From positions 268,394-332,393 of the forward strand of contig JARBTR010000002.1 of NCBI GenBank assembly GCA_029240105.1: 64,000 nt of DNA, given 5' to 3'. The notes beneath the pieces were generated by a model. It had not been told where the DNA came from. It saw nothing but the letters and a program-made list of their open reading frames with translations, and made no database searches. A program made the translations under genes and the position numbers. Shown here one piece after another: positions 1 to 10,608 of the stretch. The stretch comes from Bacillales bacterium. GTDB lineage: Bacteria; Bacillota; Bacilli; JARBTR01. Every line of letters begins with the position of its first letter. The stretch's first letter is position 1.

Positions 1-233
1 TGTAGGAAATCCCCCCATACACTTTACTTGATGCTTATTTGTTCTAAAATTCAATTCGTGAATGCATTACACTCATAAATTTTAAAACTAAAGTAAGCTT
101 TCTAGGCTTTAAAATGAACACATACCAACATATGCGGGTCAAACGTCTAGTGTGCAAGAATCTACGTTTATTTCCTATTCACTTACAAAGAATGTTTATT
201 TAATTTTTGGCTCCGTAAATGTTCAAATACAGC

Positions 234-818
234 TTAAACAACTTCTGAAATATTGTAACTAAGGGATGCTGGATCTTTTACAAAAAACAGAGATGTCCTT
301 TGATCTAAATGGTATTGCCCCTCTTTTGAACTTTCTTTTTGGTTTCCAATTATGGCTTCTATTTGAATTTTTTTTAATTCAAGGCAGCGATGGTAATATG
401 ACTGAATGGATTTAAATTTACCATCTATTTCGATATGATCACCATTTAGAAAACATATTCTTGATCTTTTGTTGTGCATATTTTTAATTTGCTTCGTATG
501 TGCAGCTGAAATCCAAACTGCTTCATGATTCTTCATAGCTGTTGATGTATAAAAGAAAATGTCCAACTTACTACAAATCATTATAGGTGGACGGCGAATT
601 TGACCCAGAAAATGTTGAGAGCTTCGTCTTGCTCCACTTAAATTAGAACCATATTGTAATAAGCTATTCTCTACTATTTGTGAAGGTGATTTACTCACAT
701 AGAACTGATCATTGGTTTCGATTACAAGCGCTTTCGCGCCTTCCTTTTTAAATTCTGGCAAGATTGCTGCTGTACATACATTAATGACGTAATTTGATTT
801 AATATTCATAATACTCAC
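234..818 (-). CDS. Hypothetical 194-aa protein. The C-terminal half faintly resembles a YfcE/YsnB-type metallophosphoesterase with degenerate metal-binding motifs.
   Basis: Long ORF with strong RBS AAGGAGTG 6 nt before the ATG at 818. Segments VWISAAHT and CFLNGDHIEIDGKF align loosely with the THGH and GHSH...IDGK blocks of small phosphoesterases, but the catalytic His/Asp residues are replaced. Confidence 0.5.
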   Translation of the reverse strand: MSIMNIKSNYVINVCTAAILPEFKKEGAKALVIETNDQFYVSKSPSQIVENSLLQYGSNLSGARRSSQHFLGQIRRPPIMICSKLDIFFYTSTAMKNHEAVWISAAHTKQIKNMHNKRSRICFLNGDHIEIDGKFKSIQSYYHRCLELKKIQIEAIIGNQKESSKEGQYHLDQRTSLFFVKDPASLSYNISEVV

Positions 819-1159
819 TCCTTAACTTATTAAGTAAATAGTAAGACTAAAGGAGTACGTTTTTATTTTATTAATCTAAAATATATAAAATCGACTTTAA
901 ATATTCTAATAAGAATAAAAAGAAGCAGCGACAAAACTGTTTTTATTTCGAAATTTGTTCCTTTGCTCGTTTCCCTGGAAGAAAAATAACCATTTCACGA
1001 AAGCCAATACAACACTTGGCTTGCTATACATACCTGTTGGAAAAATGGTTCCGTATGCACAAAGTTACAAATTAACTAAAAATAGTACAGAATTTGACAA
1101 CGCTTCTTAAAAGTAATCTTGATAATGTCTAAATATGACATTTAGAATTTTATTGTTGT

Positions 1160-1528
1160 TTATTTTAGTACGTTCTTTATTTCATTCGATACAGTATTTG
1201 AGATAACTGACGTTACCATTTGAAGTAATTCATTTACTTCATATTGAGAACGTTTAAATTCTTGAATAATTGGCATTTCATCCAATTCCTTGTGTAATTT
1301 ATCTAATAAGAATTCTGTTTCTCGAAGTGCAATAGTCTTCTCAACATGTTCTAAATTTACAGCTTGTTTCTGTAAGTCTTTAATCTTATCAATCAAATTA
1401 CGAACCTTTTGATTTTCGTTCAGTTGAAATTCTGCATTCTTATAAAGTGCAACCTCATCTGTTTCAACAATCAATTTTGCTAAGTCTTTCGCTTTTTCGA
1501 ATATGTCATCTTTTGAAAAATGTGACAT
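1160..1528 (-). CDS. ymcA: YmcA/RicA-like regulatory protein (biofilm/competence RicAFT family)
   Basis: Protein from the internal Met (MSHFSKDDIFEKAKDLAKLI...) matches B. subtilis YmcA over its length. RBS GAGGTG 5 nt before the ATG at 1528. Sits just downstream of miaB, as in B. subtilis. Confidence 0.7.
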   Translation of the reverse strand: MSHFSKDDIFEKAKDLAKLIVETDEVALYKNAEFQLNENQKVRNLIDKIKDLQKQAVNLEHVEKTIALRETEFLLDKLHKELDEMPIIQEFKRSQYEVNELLQMVTSVISNTVSNEIKNVLK

Positions 1529-1608
1529 TTTACACCTCAAAGTTCTTGATTTCACAAAGAGCATAAGGGATCTCAGAATAACGTTGCTGACTTTTTTGAA
1601 TGCTATTC

Positions 1609-3090
1609 TTACTCAACTATTTCTCCATCAAGTGACCACGTTTTTGCCTTCGTAATTTTTACTTTTACAATTTTTCCGATTGATTCAGTTGGCCCATTAA
1701 AATTTACTAATTTTTGCTTTGAAGTATAACCAGCTAGAACAGCATGATTTTTCTGACTTGTTCCTTCTACAAGTACTTCAACAACTTGTCCTTCAAACGC
1801 TTTATTTTTTTCTAAAGCGATTTCATTTACAAGATTATTTAAACGTTGCAAACGTACTTTCTTCACAGTCATTGGTATATTATCTTCCATTGCCGCAGCT
1901 GGTGTTCCCTCACGTGGTGAGTAAATGAACGTATAAGCTAGATCATAACTAACTTCTCGATAAAGACTTAACGTTTCCTCAAACTGTTCATCAGATTCAT
2001 TAGGAAACCCGACAATTATATCTGTAGTTAGAGCAACATTTGGAATAGCTTTTTTGATCTTCTCAACTAACTCTAAATACTGTTCACGGTTGTATTTTCG
2101 TGACATTTTCTTTAGAATTTCACTACTTCCAGATTGAACAGGTAAGTGAATATGATCCATCAAGTTGCCACCCTTGGCAAGGACTTCTACAAGTTGATCA
2201 TCAAAATCTCTTGGATGACTTGTCGTGAAACGAATTCGAGAGATATCAATAGTACGAATTTCATCCATTAGATCGCCTAGACCAAAGTTTATATCTTCAA
2301 AATCTTTTCCATATGCATTAACATTCTGTCCAAGAAGTGTAACTTCCTTATAACCTTCTGCCGCAAGTAATCTAACTTCTTGAATAATATCTTCTGGACG
2401 GCGACTTCTTTCTTTACCCCTTGTATATGGAACAATACAATACGTACAGAATTTATCGCAACCATACATAATATTAACCCAAGCCTTAATTTTTCCATTA
2501 CGGACTTTTGGAAGATTTTCGATAACATCCCCCTCTTTTGACCATACCTCAACAACCATTTCTTTTGACATATAGGCATCATTTAGGATATTTGCTAGAC
2601 GATGGATATTATGTGTTCCAAAAATCATATCTACCTGAGGGTGCTTTTGCATGATTTTGTTTACGACAGACTCTTCTTGAGACATACACCCACAAATTCC
2701 GATCAACATGTCTGGACGTGTTCTCTTAAGTGCTTTCAAATGGCCAATTTCACCAAATACTTTGTTTTCTGCATTTTCACGTATAGCACAGGTATTTAAT
2801 AATGCTACATCAGCATCTGTCATATCATCAGTTTCTACATACCCAAGTGCCATGAATATTCCAGTCATGACCTCACTATCATGTGTGTTCATTTGGCAGC
2901 CATATGTGCGAAGATAGAATTTCTTTCCTTCGCCCATACCACGAAATTCATCTGGAATAATAAAATCATGATGATATTCTACGGATGCTTTTCCACGACT
3001 TTTTGCTTCTTTAAGAGAAGGTGCTCCAAAATAATGACTATAATCTTTATCTTTTATTACAGTTGATTGTTTTCGTTGTTGTTCGTTCAT
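1609..3090 (-). CDS. miaB: tRNA-2-methylthio-N6-dimethylallyladenosine synthase (radical SAM methylthiotransferase MiaB)
   Basis: 493 aa. CxxxCxxC radical-SAM motif (CDKFCTYC) plus N-terminal MTTase cysteines and a C-terminal TRAM domain. Conserved tdh-kbl-miaB-ymcA synteny. Confidence 0.9.
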   Translation of the reverse strand: MNEQQRKQSTVIKDKDYSHYFGAPSLKEAKSRGKASVEYHHDFIIPDEFRGMGEGKKFYLRTYGCQMNTHDSEVMTGIFMALGYVETDDMTDADVALLNTCAIRENAENKVFGEIGHLKALKRTRPDMLIGICGCMSQEESVVNKIMQKHPQVDMIFGTHNIHRLANILNDAYMSKEMVVEVWSKEGDVIENLPKVRNGKIKAWVNIMYGCDKFCTYCIVPYTRGKERSRRPEDIIQEVRLLAAEGYKEVTLLGQNVNAYGKDFEDINFGLGDLMDEIRTIDISRIRFTTSHPRDFDDQLVEVLAKGGNLMDHIHLPVQSGSSEILKKMSRKYNREQYLELVEKIKKAIPNVALTTDIIVGFPNESDEQFEETLSLYREVSYDLAYTFIYSPREGTPAAAMEDNIPMTVKKVRLQRLNNLVNEIALEKNKAFEGQVVEVLVEGTSQKNHAVLAGYTSKQKLVNFNGPTESIGKIVKVKITKAKTWSLDGEIVE

Positions 3091-3311
3091 TTTTCAACAT
3101 GTTCCCCTGTTCATATTGTTGTTTTATTGTATTTGTTTCATTGTTTTGAGCTTTAAACTATCGTTAAAGTATACCTGTTTTCAATATTTTTCTCAATAAA
3201 GTACAAATGAACTGTCTCAATTCTATCCCATTACTTTTCTCAAACCATAATGGGGTTTTCTAAATTTAATATTTAAAACAAAAGCGTGAAACGGGCCCTT
3301 ATATAAGAAAA

Positions 3312-3331
3312 AGGTGCCTAATAAGGCACCT
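3312..3331. terminator. Bidirectional rho-independent terminator downstream of kbl
   Basis: AGGTGCCT-aata-AGGCACCT hairpin, with an A-run upstream and a T8 run downstream. Ends the tdh-kbl transcript. Confidence 0.6.
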
Positions 3332-3353
3332 AAATTTTTTTCTGAATTTTTAA

Positions 3354-4529
3354 CTAAATAATCCCTAATTCTTTACCAGCTTTTTCAAATGCATCCAATG
3401 CAACTTGAAGTTGCTCTTTAGAATGTGCAGCAGAAACAATTGTACGAATTCGAGCCTTTCCACGTGCAACAGTTGGGAAAGCAATACCCTGAGCAAAAAC
3501 ACCGTATTCTAATAGCTTATCAGATAATTGGTGAGCAAGTGACTCATCTCCAACAATGACTGGTGTAATTGGCGTCTCACTAGGGCCGGTAACAAAGCCC
3601 AAGTCTGCCAACCCCTTCTTTAAAAAGCGTGAATTATCCCAAAGTTTTTCAATTAATTCAGGCTCTTCAAGCAAGACATCAATTGCCGCCGAATTTGCTG
3701 CTACTACCCCTGGAGAATGAGAAGTACTGAATAGAAATGGACGCCCTTTATGAATTAAATAATCAATTAATGTGCGTGTAGAAGCAATATATCCACCAAG
3801 TACACCAACAGCTTTTGAAAGCGTTCCAACTTGAATATGAACTCTTCCATCTAATCCAAAGTGGTTTACTGAGCCCCTTCCATTTTGTCCTAAAACACCT
3901 GATGAATGGGCATCATCAACCATTACTAGTGCATCGTATTTTTCTGCTAATTCAACAATTTCAGGTAATGGAGCGATATTCCCATCCATTGAGAACACGC
4001 CATCTGTTACGATAAGACGCTTTCTATAACTTTGTGTTTCTTGAAGTGCTCGCTCAAGATCTTCCATATCAACATGCTTATAAACACGACGCCCAGATTT
4101 AGTAAGACGTATGCCATCAATGATAGAAGCATGGTTTAACTCATCTGAAATTACAACATCTTCAGGTGTTAAAATTGCGGAAAGCACACCTTGATTGCAG
4201 GTAAAACCTGATTGGAAGACCAAAGAAGCTTCTGTGTGTTTGAATTTTGCTAATTTATCTTCAAGAGCCAAGTGCATGGAAAATGTACCAGCAATTGTTC
4301 TTACAGATCCAGTTCCAACACCAAATTCCTCTGTTGCTTGTATAGCTGCTTTGATCATTTTTGGATGAGTTGTCAATCCAAGATAATTATTTGAGGATAG
4401 TTGGATAACTTCTTTCCCATTAATTTTTACAGTTGCTCCTGCAGAAGATTCAATCGGAACTAATTTTCGTACCAATCCTTTTTCTTTCATTTCATCAAGT
4501 TCAACTTGTAAGTATTCAAAACCTTGCAT
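3354..4529 (-). CDS. kbl: 2-amino-3-ketobutyrate CoA ligase (glycine C-acetyltransferase)
   Basis: 391 aa PLP-dependent aminotransferase class II with the pyridoxal-Lys region (GTLSKA). Adjacent to tdh. Confidence 0.9.
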   Translation of the reverse strand: MQGFEYLQVELDEMKEKGLVRKLVPIESSAGATVKINGKEVIQLSSNNYLGLTTHPKMIKAAIQATEEFGVGTGSVRTIAGTFSMHLALEDKLAKFKHTEASLVFQSGFTCNQGVLSAILTPEDVVISDELNHASIIDGIRLTKSGRRVYKHVDMEDLERALQETQSYRKRLIVTDGVFSMDGNIAPLPEIVELAEKYDALVMVDDAHSSGVLGQNGRGSVNHFGLDGRVHIQVGTLSKAVGVLGGYIASTRTLIDYLIHKGRPFLFSTSHSPGVVAANSAAIDVLLEEPELIEKLWDNSRFLKKGLADLGFVTGPSETPITPVIVGDESLAHQLSDKLLEYGVFAQGIAFPTVARGKARIRTIVSAAHSKEQLQVALDAFEKAGKELGII

Positions 4530-4586
4530 TTAGAAATACTCCTATTCTATACGTTTTTTCAAATAGAGCCTACTATTTTCAGTATT

Positions 4587-5630
4587 TTATGGTAAAAGTA
4601 CAACTTTTCCACATTGTCCCTTAATCATTAAGTCAAATCCTTTTTCAAATTCATCCATTGGGAATGTGTGAGTAATAACATCCGATAAGTTCACTCGTCC
4701 AGATGAAACTAATTCTGAAACTTGTTTCCATGTTTTATACATCACTCGACCCGTAATGCCATGAACTGTAACTCCCTTAAAGACGATATCATTGGTTATA
4801 TCTAATGGTACCGGTTTTGTTGGAAGACTTAGGATTGATATACGGCCACCGTTTGTCACCATTTTAAATGCCTGATCCATTGCAACTGGATGACCGCTCA
4901 TTTCACAAACAACATCAACACCGTTTCCATTAGTTAACTGGCTGATCACTTCAAGTGGATTTTCATTACTTGAATTTACAACAGTTGTAGCACCCAATTT
5001 CTTTGCAAGATCCAATCGATAATCGTTTAAATCAAATGCAATAATTTGAGATGCACCCGCAGCTTTCGCTACTCCCACAGCCATAACTCCTATAGGTCCA
5101 CAGCCAATAACTGCAACTGTTCTACCTGCAACTTCACCTGATAAAACAGTGTGAACTGCATTTCCAAATGGTTCTTGAATTGATGCTACTTCATATGGCA
5201 TATCTTTCGGATTTTTCCAAATATTCGTTTCAGGTATGGCAACGTATTCAGCAAAACAGCCTTGGCGATCAACACCTAAAATTTCAGTGTTTTTACAGAC
5301 ATGAGCTTTACCTTCTAAACATTGTGGACAAACCCCACATACATAATGTGTTTCTGCAGATACGTAATCACCAATTTGTACATTCTTTACTTTGTTTCCT
5401 AGTTCAACTACCTCTCCAGAAAATTCATGTCCAAAAACATACGGAACGTTCTTGATACGACCCTCTGACCAAGCATCCCAAGTATAGATATGCACATCCG
5501 TACCACAAATCGAAACAGCTTTTACTTTTACTAAAACTTCATTATCTTCGATTTTGGGGATATCAACCGTTTGGATTTCTGCACCTTCACCTTTAATTTG
5601 TTTAACCAAAGCCTTCATTTTACCTTGCAT
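4587..5630 (-). CDS. tdh: L-threonine 3-dehydrogenase (Zn-dependent MDR family)
   Basis: 347 aa. Zn-ADH motifs (GHEFSG, CGxCxxC structural zinc site) and a Rossmann GxGxxG. RBS GGAGG before the ATG. Confidence 0.9.
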   Translation of the reverse strand: MQGKMKALVKQIKGEGAEIQTVDIPKIEDNEVLVKVKAVSICGTDVHIYTWDAWSEGRIKNVPYVFGHEFSGEVVELGNKVKNVQIGDYVSAETHYVCGVCPQCLEGKAHVCKNTEILGVDRQGCFAEYVAIPETNIWKNPKDMPYEVASIQEPFGNAVHTVLSGEVAGRTVAVIGCGPIGVMAVGVAKAAGASQIIAFDLNDYRLDLAKKLGATTVVNSSNENPLEVISQLTNGNGVDVVCEMSGHPVAMDQAFKMVTNGGRISILSLPTKPVPLDITNDIVFKGVTVHGITGRVMYKTWKQVSELVSSGRVNLSDVITHTFPMDEFEKGFDLMIKGQCGKVVLLP

Positions 5631-5803
5631 CGTAATGCCTCCATAAATTGACTAAAAGATAGAAAAACATGACAAAACTTTGTAATAATTTTACATGATT
5701 GAAATCTAAAATGATAGTTGAAAGTTAGTTTCAACATCTTATCATACGTTATAATACGCATTTTTCTCCAAAATAAAAAAAGTTCGCATTTTTCAATGCA
5801 AAC

Positions 5804-6862
5804 TTAAACTTTATTATGGCGACCAAACTTTTCTTTGTTTAACGGTAGTTCAACTATAAATTCCGATCCTTGTCCTTCAACACTAGTATAAACTAACAGT
5901 CCACCAAGAAGTTCTATTATTTTTTTACTCGTAGCTATACCCAATCCGTTACCATATTCCTTTGTTGTATAAAATAAGGTTCCTATTTTATTTAATACGT
6001 CTTCAGACATTCCGCAGCCTTCATCAATTATTTTTATGCGTAAATTGCCCTCATTTAGAGTTGTATGTAAATAAATTTTTCCGCTTTCTTTAGAAGCTTC
6101 TTCAGCATTACAAATAAGGTTTAGAAGTACTTGAAATAGTTTTTCTTTATCTGTTGAAATTATTGTATTTTCAACATGATTCTCAATATGTAATTTTTTT
6201 AGTTTAAAAGAATTCATTTTTAATAAGAGTAACTCATCAATAAGTTTTCTAATATCAACATTCTCGTAATTCAAAACTGGAACTCTTGAATAATCTAAAA
6301 GACTATCGACAACTCTATTCATTCGATCTAATTCAGATATGATAATAGGTGCAAATTTATTTAATAAATCCACATCACCAGGTTTAGCTTTTAGAAGTTG
6401 TATAGAACCCCTAATTGTTGAGATAGGATTTTTAACCTCATGAGCAATTTTTGAAATAATTTCACCAACCGTACTTAGCTTTTTTGCACGTAAAATCTCT
6501 TTCTCTTGCTCTTGAATAGTTGTAACCAATTCTTTAATAGAGTCATTCAAGATTTGACCCTCAATAAACTCAATATTTTTTATAGTTTCATATTGATTTC
6601 TAGTTTTATATTTTTCTAATGAATCAATTATTTGGTAAATAGGTTTTAGAACAACCTTTTTTTTATAGATAACTGAGAATACAGTAAAAACCATTGCACT
6701 GATACCCATAATAAAAAGTGCTATCAAGCATCCTTTTTCAAATGGGTACGTATTAAATAAATCATAAACTAGAAAACTAGTTAGAATAAATGGAAAAATA
6801 CTAATAAGAAAATCAAAAAACAAAAGACGATGATGTAACTTAAAACGCATATGTAATTCCAC
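5804..6862 (-). CDS. Orphan membrane sensor histidine kinase (HisKA + HATPase_c), with no cognate response regulator adjacent
   Basis: Two N-terminal TM helices, an H-box (IAHEVKNPIST) and N/G1/G2 ATP-lid motifs. Terminator hairpin plus U-run lies just downstream at 5775-5800. Confidence 0.75.
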   Translation of the reverse strand: MELHMRFKLHHRLLFFDFLISIFPFILTSFLVYDLFNTYPFEKGCLIALFIMGISAMVFTVFSVIYKKKVVLKPIYQIIDSLEKYKTRNQYETIKNIEFIEGQILNDSIKELVTTIQEQEKEILRAKKLSTVGEIISKIAHEVKNPISTIRGSIQLLKAKPGDVDLLNKFAPIIISELDRMNRVVDSLLDYSRVPVLNYENVDIRKLIDELLLLKMNSFKLKKLHIENHVENTIISTDKEKLFQVLLNLICNAEEASKESGKIYLHTTLNEGNLRIKIIDEGCGMSEDVLNKIGTLFYTTKEYGNGLGIATSKKIIELLGGLLVYTSVEGQGSEFIVELPLNKEKFGRHNKV

Positions 6863-6888
6863 CCTTAAACGTTTTTAAATTAGAAATA

Positions 6889-7116
6889 CTAGTTTTTTTT
6901 ATATCTATATTCTTCATACATCATCCATATTTCATCAAATAATGACATGTTTAGAATATAATCTACATTCATTTCTAAATAAGAACTTAATTCGTGATAA
7001 TCTCTAGATTGTTTAGGAAAAGAATGGTCTAAAAACACATGTTCAGCAAACAATACAATTTCATTATTTTCATTTGAATGGCGAAACGTCAACAGATATT
7101 GGTAAAAAGTAAGCAT
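6889..7116 (-). CDS. Small YozE-like (UPF0346) protein
   Basis: 75 aa. FYQYLLTFRH...FAEHVFLDHSFPK...YHELSSYLE pattern recalled from B. subtilis YozE. Identification is by memory only. Confidence 0.5.
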   Translation of the reverse strand: MLTFYQYLLTFRHSNENNEIVLFAEHVFLDHSFPKQSRDYHELSSYLEMNVDYILNMSLFDEIWMMYEEYRYKKN

Positions 7117-7308
7117 TTATCGAATTCAACCTCATTTTGTATTAAAATAACATATTACGACTTAAATGTAAAAAATTTCACTACATTTTGTTTATAATTA
7201 TTAATTTTATTATTATTTTCAGAAATAATTTAAAACATATATATTAGATATTTTAGATTTCAACGTTTCTTAACATAAATTTATAAAAAAAAATGAACCG
7301 AAATAAGA

Positions 7309-7332
7309 AGAGGCTGCAACAAAACAGCCTCT
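7309..7332 (-). terminator. Rho-independent terminator after the FAD-protein gene
   Basis: AGAGGCTG-loop-CAGCCTCT hairpin, followed on the minus strand by a U-rich tract. Confidence 0.5.
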
Positions 7333-7338
7333 AATTCG

Positions 7339-8778
7339 TTATACTAATTTTTCAATGATATCTCTAGCAGCCCAGACGCCACAAGCACTTGCCTGTGCCA
7401 AACCACGTGTTACACCTGCGCCATCTCCACCAACGTAAAGACCTGAAATTTCTGTTTCAAATTTGTCGTTTAACTTTGGTCTAGCAGAATAGAATTTTGC
7501 TTCTACACCATAGAAAAGCGTGTGCTCAGAAGCTATTCCAGGTGTTACTTTATTAAGTGCTTCGGTCATTTCAATTAAGCTTTTTAATGTGTAATATGGT
7601 AAAACTAACCCCAAGTCACCTGGGACAGCTTCCTTCATAGTAGGTTCAAGAAATCCCTCTTGAATACGTTTTGCTGTTGAACGTCTTCCTTTTAAAATAT
7701 CTCCATATTTTTGAACAATAATTCCGCCATTCGTTAGTGAATTTGCTAGTTTTGAAACTTCTATTGCAAATTCATTGGGTTTGTCAAACGGTTCGGAAAA
7801 AGAATGAGATACTAGCAAAGCAAAGTTTGTATTTTCTGAACCAAGTTTAGGATCCTTATATGCATGCCCGTTTGCTAACATAACACCTGAATGATTTTCT
7901 ACTACAACATGACCAGATGGATTTGAGCAAAATGTTCTTACTTTTGTACCTACAGAAGTATTAAATACAAATTTCCCTTCATAAAGGTGTTTATTAATAT
8001 CTTCCATAACTAAATTAGAAGTCTCAACTCGGACACCTACATCTACTTGGTTATTCATCATATTTAACTTACGCTTTTTTAGTATACTTGATAGCCAAGT
8101 AGAGCCATCACGACCAGGCGTTATTATGACTTTTTGAGCAGAAATTTCCTCACCGTTTTTAAGTTTGATACCTCTTACAAAATAGTGATCATTATCCTTT
8201 TCAGTTAAGATGTCTTCAACCTCTGTTTTGAAAACCATGTCTATTTTCGTTTTTAGGAATTCAAAAATACTTTTTAGAATTTCTAAATTCTGCTCGGTTC
8301 CTAAATGTCTAACTTGTGCTCGCAATAATTTTAAACCTGCTGCATATGCTTGTCGTTCAATTTCTTTTACTTCTGGTGTTAATGGATCTGTTATTGATTC
8401 AGTTGCACCATGTGATAAATTAATTGAGTCAACATACTTGATTAAATCTATAACAGTAGAATTTGGAAGATAGTCTGTCATCCACCCACCAAATTCGCTT
8501 GTAATATTATATTTTCCATCTGAATAGGCACCGGCTCCGCCAAATCCGTTTGTAATTGAACAAGCTGGAAGACATCCTGCATGCTCTTTTCTTCCAGCTG
8601 GTGGAGGGCATTTATGGATTTTCTTTTGAAGAATAGGACACTTTCGAAGATAAATATCATGTCCTTTATCAATTAAAAGCACTCGAGCCTCGGGTTTTTT
8701 TACACTTAATTCATAACAAGCAAAAATTCCAGCTGGCCCAGCACCAACAACGACTACATCATAGTTTTTTTCCATCAT
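7339..8778 (-). CDS. FAD-dependent oxidoreductase (COG2509-type uncharacterized FAD-dependent dehydrogenase)
   Basis: N-terminal dinucleotide fold (DVVVVGAGPAGIF) and a C-terminal FAD-dependent-protein domain. Start probably at MMEKNYD (ATG 8778 or 8775), with RBS GGGAGA upstream. The ORF-track start at 8829 has no RBS. Confidence 0.75.
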   Translation of the reverse strand: MMEKNYDVVVVGAGPAGIFACYELSVKKPEARVLLIDKGHDIYLRKCPILQKKIHKCPPPAGRKEHAGCLPACSITNGFGGAGAYSDGKYNITSEFGGWMTDYLPNSTVIDLIKYVDSINLSHGATESITDPLTPEVKEIERQAYAAGLKLLRAQVRHLGTEQNLEILKSIFEFLKTKIDMVFKTEVEDILTEKDNDHYFVRGIKLKNGEEISAQKVIITPGRDGSTWLSSILKKRKLNMMNNQVDVGVRVETSNLVMEDINKHLYEGKFVFNTSVGTKVRTFCSNPSGHVVVENHSGVMLANGHAYKDPKLGSENTNFALLVSHSFSEPFDKPNEFAIEVSKLANSLTNGGIIVQKYGDILKGRRSTAKRIQEGFLEPTMKEAVPGDLGLVLPYYTLKSLIEMTEALNKVTPGIASEHTLFYGVEAKFYSARPKLNDKFETEISGLYVGGDGAGVTRGLAQASACGVWAARDIIEKLV

Positions 8779-9006
8779 TTCTCTCCCAATAATTTTATTG
8801 ATTGGCATTGAACAAATTAATCGTCTCAAAAAGACTTGTTCACTATATCAAACTAGCAACTTAAGGTCAATCTCGTTTCTTGATGTTTTTTAACAAAAAT
8901 GGATTTCATGACAGTAAAAAAGTCCAGACGAATTTGTCTGGACTTTAAATAGTTTGTAATCGAACTATTTGGTTGTTCGTTAGCCACTAAAATTCTTCTT
9001 TCACAA

Positions 9007-9156
9007 TTAACAAATGAAAGAAGCACCAATTATGATTAACAAGATAAAGAGAACGACAATGATCGCAAAGCCTGATCTTCCGCATCCACATCCATGTCCA
9101 TAACCATAACCCATTTGTGTACAACAACCATCAAAACCATAAGCACCGTATCCCAT
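9007..9156 (-). CDS. YjcZ-family small sporulation protein (49 aa), absent from the ORF track
   Basis: Translates as [49 protein letters not shown]: a Gly/Cys-rich head followed by a hydrophobic [13 protein letters not shown] tail, typical of the YjcZ family. RBS AGAGGTG 6 nt before the ATG. Confidence 0.55.
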   Translation of the reverse strand: MGYGAYGFDGCCTQMGYGYGHGCGCGRSGFAIIVVLFILLIIIGASFIC

Positions 9157-9286
9157 TTAGAACACCTCTCGTCAGTTACTAAGTACTCTACAAAGTATGT
9201 GACGTTTGACTAGATGGTCTAGGCATATGCCCAAATAAAATAAGAAAAGAAGAAGGTACACATTGATTTTCAATTTGAAGTTTAGT

Positions 9287-10351
9287 TTAACGCTTTTTAC
9301 TAATTTGAGAATATTGTGCCTTACTAATTTGCTTCCATTTTTTCTTTTCTTCTGCCATAAGCTTTGCATCATTTTTTCGAAGTGAATACGCTTCCTCACG
9401 AAGAAGTTTTAAATAACTTGTGTATCTCTCTTGCGTAAGACTTCCATTCCTTAATGCATTTTGAATAGCACAACCAGGTTCATTCTTATGCGTACAATCA
9501 GTAAATCGACACTGAAGAGCCAATTCTGTTATTTCTTTGAAAGAAGTAGAAACACCCTCTTCAGAGCCAAATAATGCAAATTCTCTCATTCCCGGAGTAT
9601 CAATGACACAATATCCAAATTCAGAATAATACAAATCTCTTGTCGTTGTGCAATGTTTACCTTTGTCATCGCCAAAGCGTATATCCGTAGTTTCCTGTAC
9701 GTCTCTCCCCAAAAGGAAGTTTGTTATTGTTGATTTTCCCACACCCGATGAACCAACAAGAACATACGTCTTATTCTTTAAAAGCAACGATTGAAGATTC
9801 TTCATTTTCTCTAAATCAGTAGCACTTGTTATAATAATTTGAGTTCCGAATGAAATAGCTTCCACAGCTTTCATTTTTTCATCTAAATCATTACATAAAT
9901 CAGCTTTATTTAAAACAATAATCGGTGTTGCTCCACTATCCCAAACTGCAGTTAAATACCGTTCTAAACGGCGAATGTTAAAATCCAGATTTAAAGCCAT
10001 CACTATTAAGCAATAATCAACATTTGCTGCAATAATTTGCTCTCCAAATTCTGTTCCAGCCTTCGCTCGTGAAAGTTTACTTGTACGTGGAAGAATTTCG
10101 TGAATAACTGCTTCATCCTGTAAATTTGACTTCGATGTTATAACCCAGTCTCCTACGACTGGCATATCTTCCTCAGATACTACTTGAAATGAAAATTTAC
10201 CTGAGACCTTGGCTAATTTTTCTCCGTCAGTAGTCCATACTTTAAAAACATTTCGATAACAACTCGAAATTCGAGCTATTTCAAACAAATTTGAATCATA
10301 CTTCTTGTAAAATTCAAGCGTTGATTCATTTAAAACAAATTCATTTCCCAA
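9287..10351 (-). CDS. rsgA: RsgA/YjeQ-like circularly permuted ribosome-small-subunit GTPase (paralog)
   Basis: 354 aa. G4 (NKADL), G1 (GSSGVGKST) and DTPG motifs in permuted order, plus a C-terminal Zn-finger (CRFTDCTHKNEPGC). Confidence 0.8.
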   Translation of the reverse strand: MGNEFVLNESTLEFYKKYDSNLFEIARISSCYRNVFKVWTTDGEKLAKVSGKFSFQVVSEEDMPVVGDWVITSKSNLQDEAVIHEILPRTSKLSRAKAGTEFGEQIIAANVDYCLIVMALNLDFNIRRLERYLTAVWDSGATPIIVLNKADLCNDLDEKMKAVEAISFGTQIIITSATDLEKMKNLQSLLLKNKTYVLVGSSGVGKSTITNFLLGRDVQETTDIRFGDDKGKHCTTTRDLYYSEFGYCVIDTPGMREFALFGSEEGVSTSFKEITELALQCRFTDCTHKNEPGCAIQNALRNGSLTQERYTSYLKLLREEAYSLRKNDAKLMAEEKKKWKQISKAQYSQISKKR

Positions 10352-10608
10352 ACAGAAACCTCCTTGATGATTTTATACTTTAACACCTCGATTAAAATTT
10401 TCCATAAAACATCACCTATCCTTTCTGTTTGATACGAACATTATATCCTTATGTTTTTAAATTGAAAAGGCTAAAACCACTTATATTCAAGATTTATATA
10501 ACCAAATCTTTTAGTTAACTATTCAAGCATTGAATCGAAAACAAATAATAAAGAAAAAGACATCCATATCTTACGAAAATGGATGTCTAATTTATTATAA
10601 TTGATCTA

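Noticed and set aside
1719-3066. Multiple short plus-strand ORFs antisense to miaB, and similar antisense ORFs inside kbl, tdh, hyaB, recA, spoIIIE and others
   Set aside because: All lie wholly within strongly supported genes on the opposite strand and lack start signals. They are typical shadow ORFs.
9172-9399. 75-aa minus-strand ORF overlapping the 3' end of the rsgA-like gene
   Set aside because: Overlaps a well-supported gene in another frame, with no RBS and a Lys/Leu-rich junk composition.
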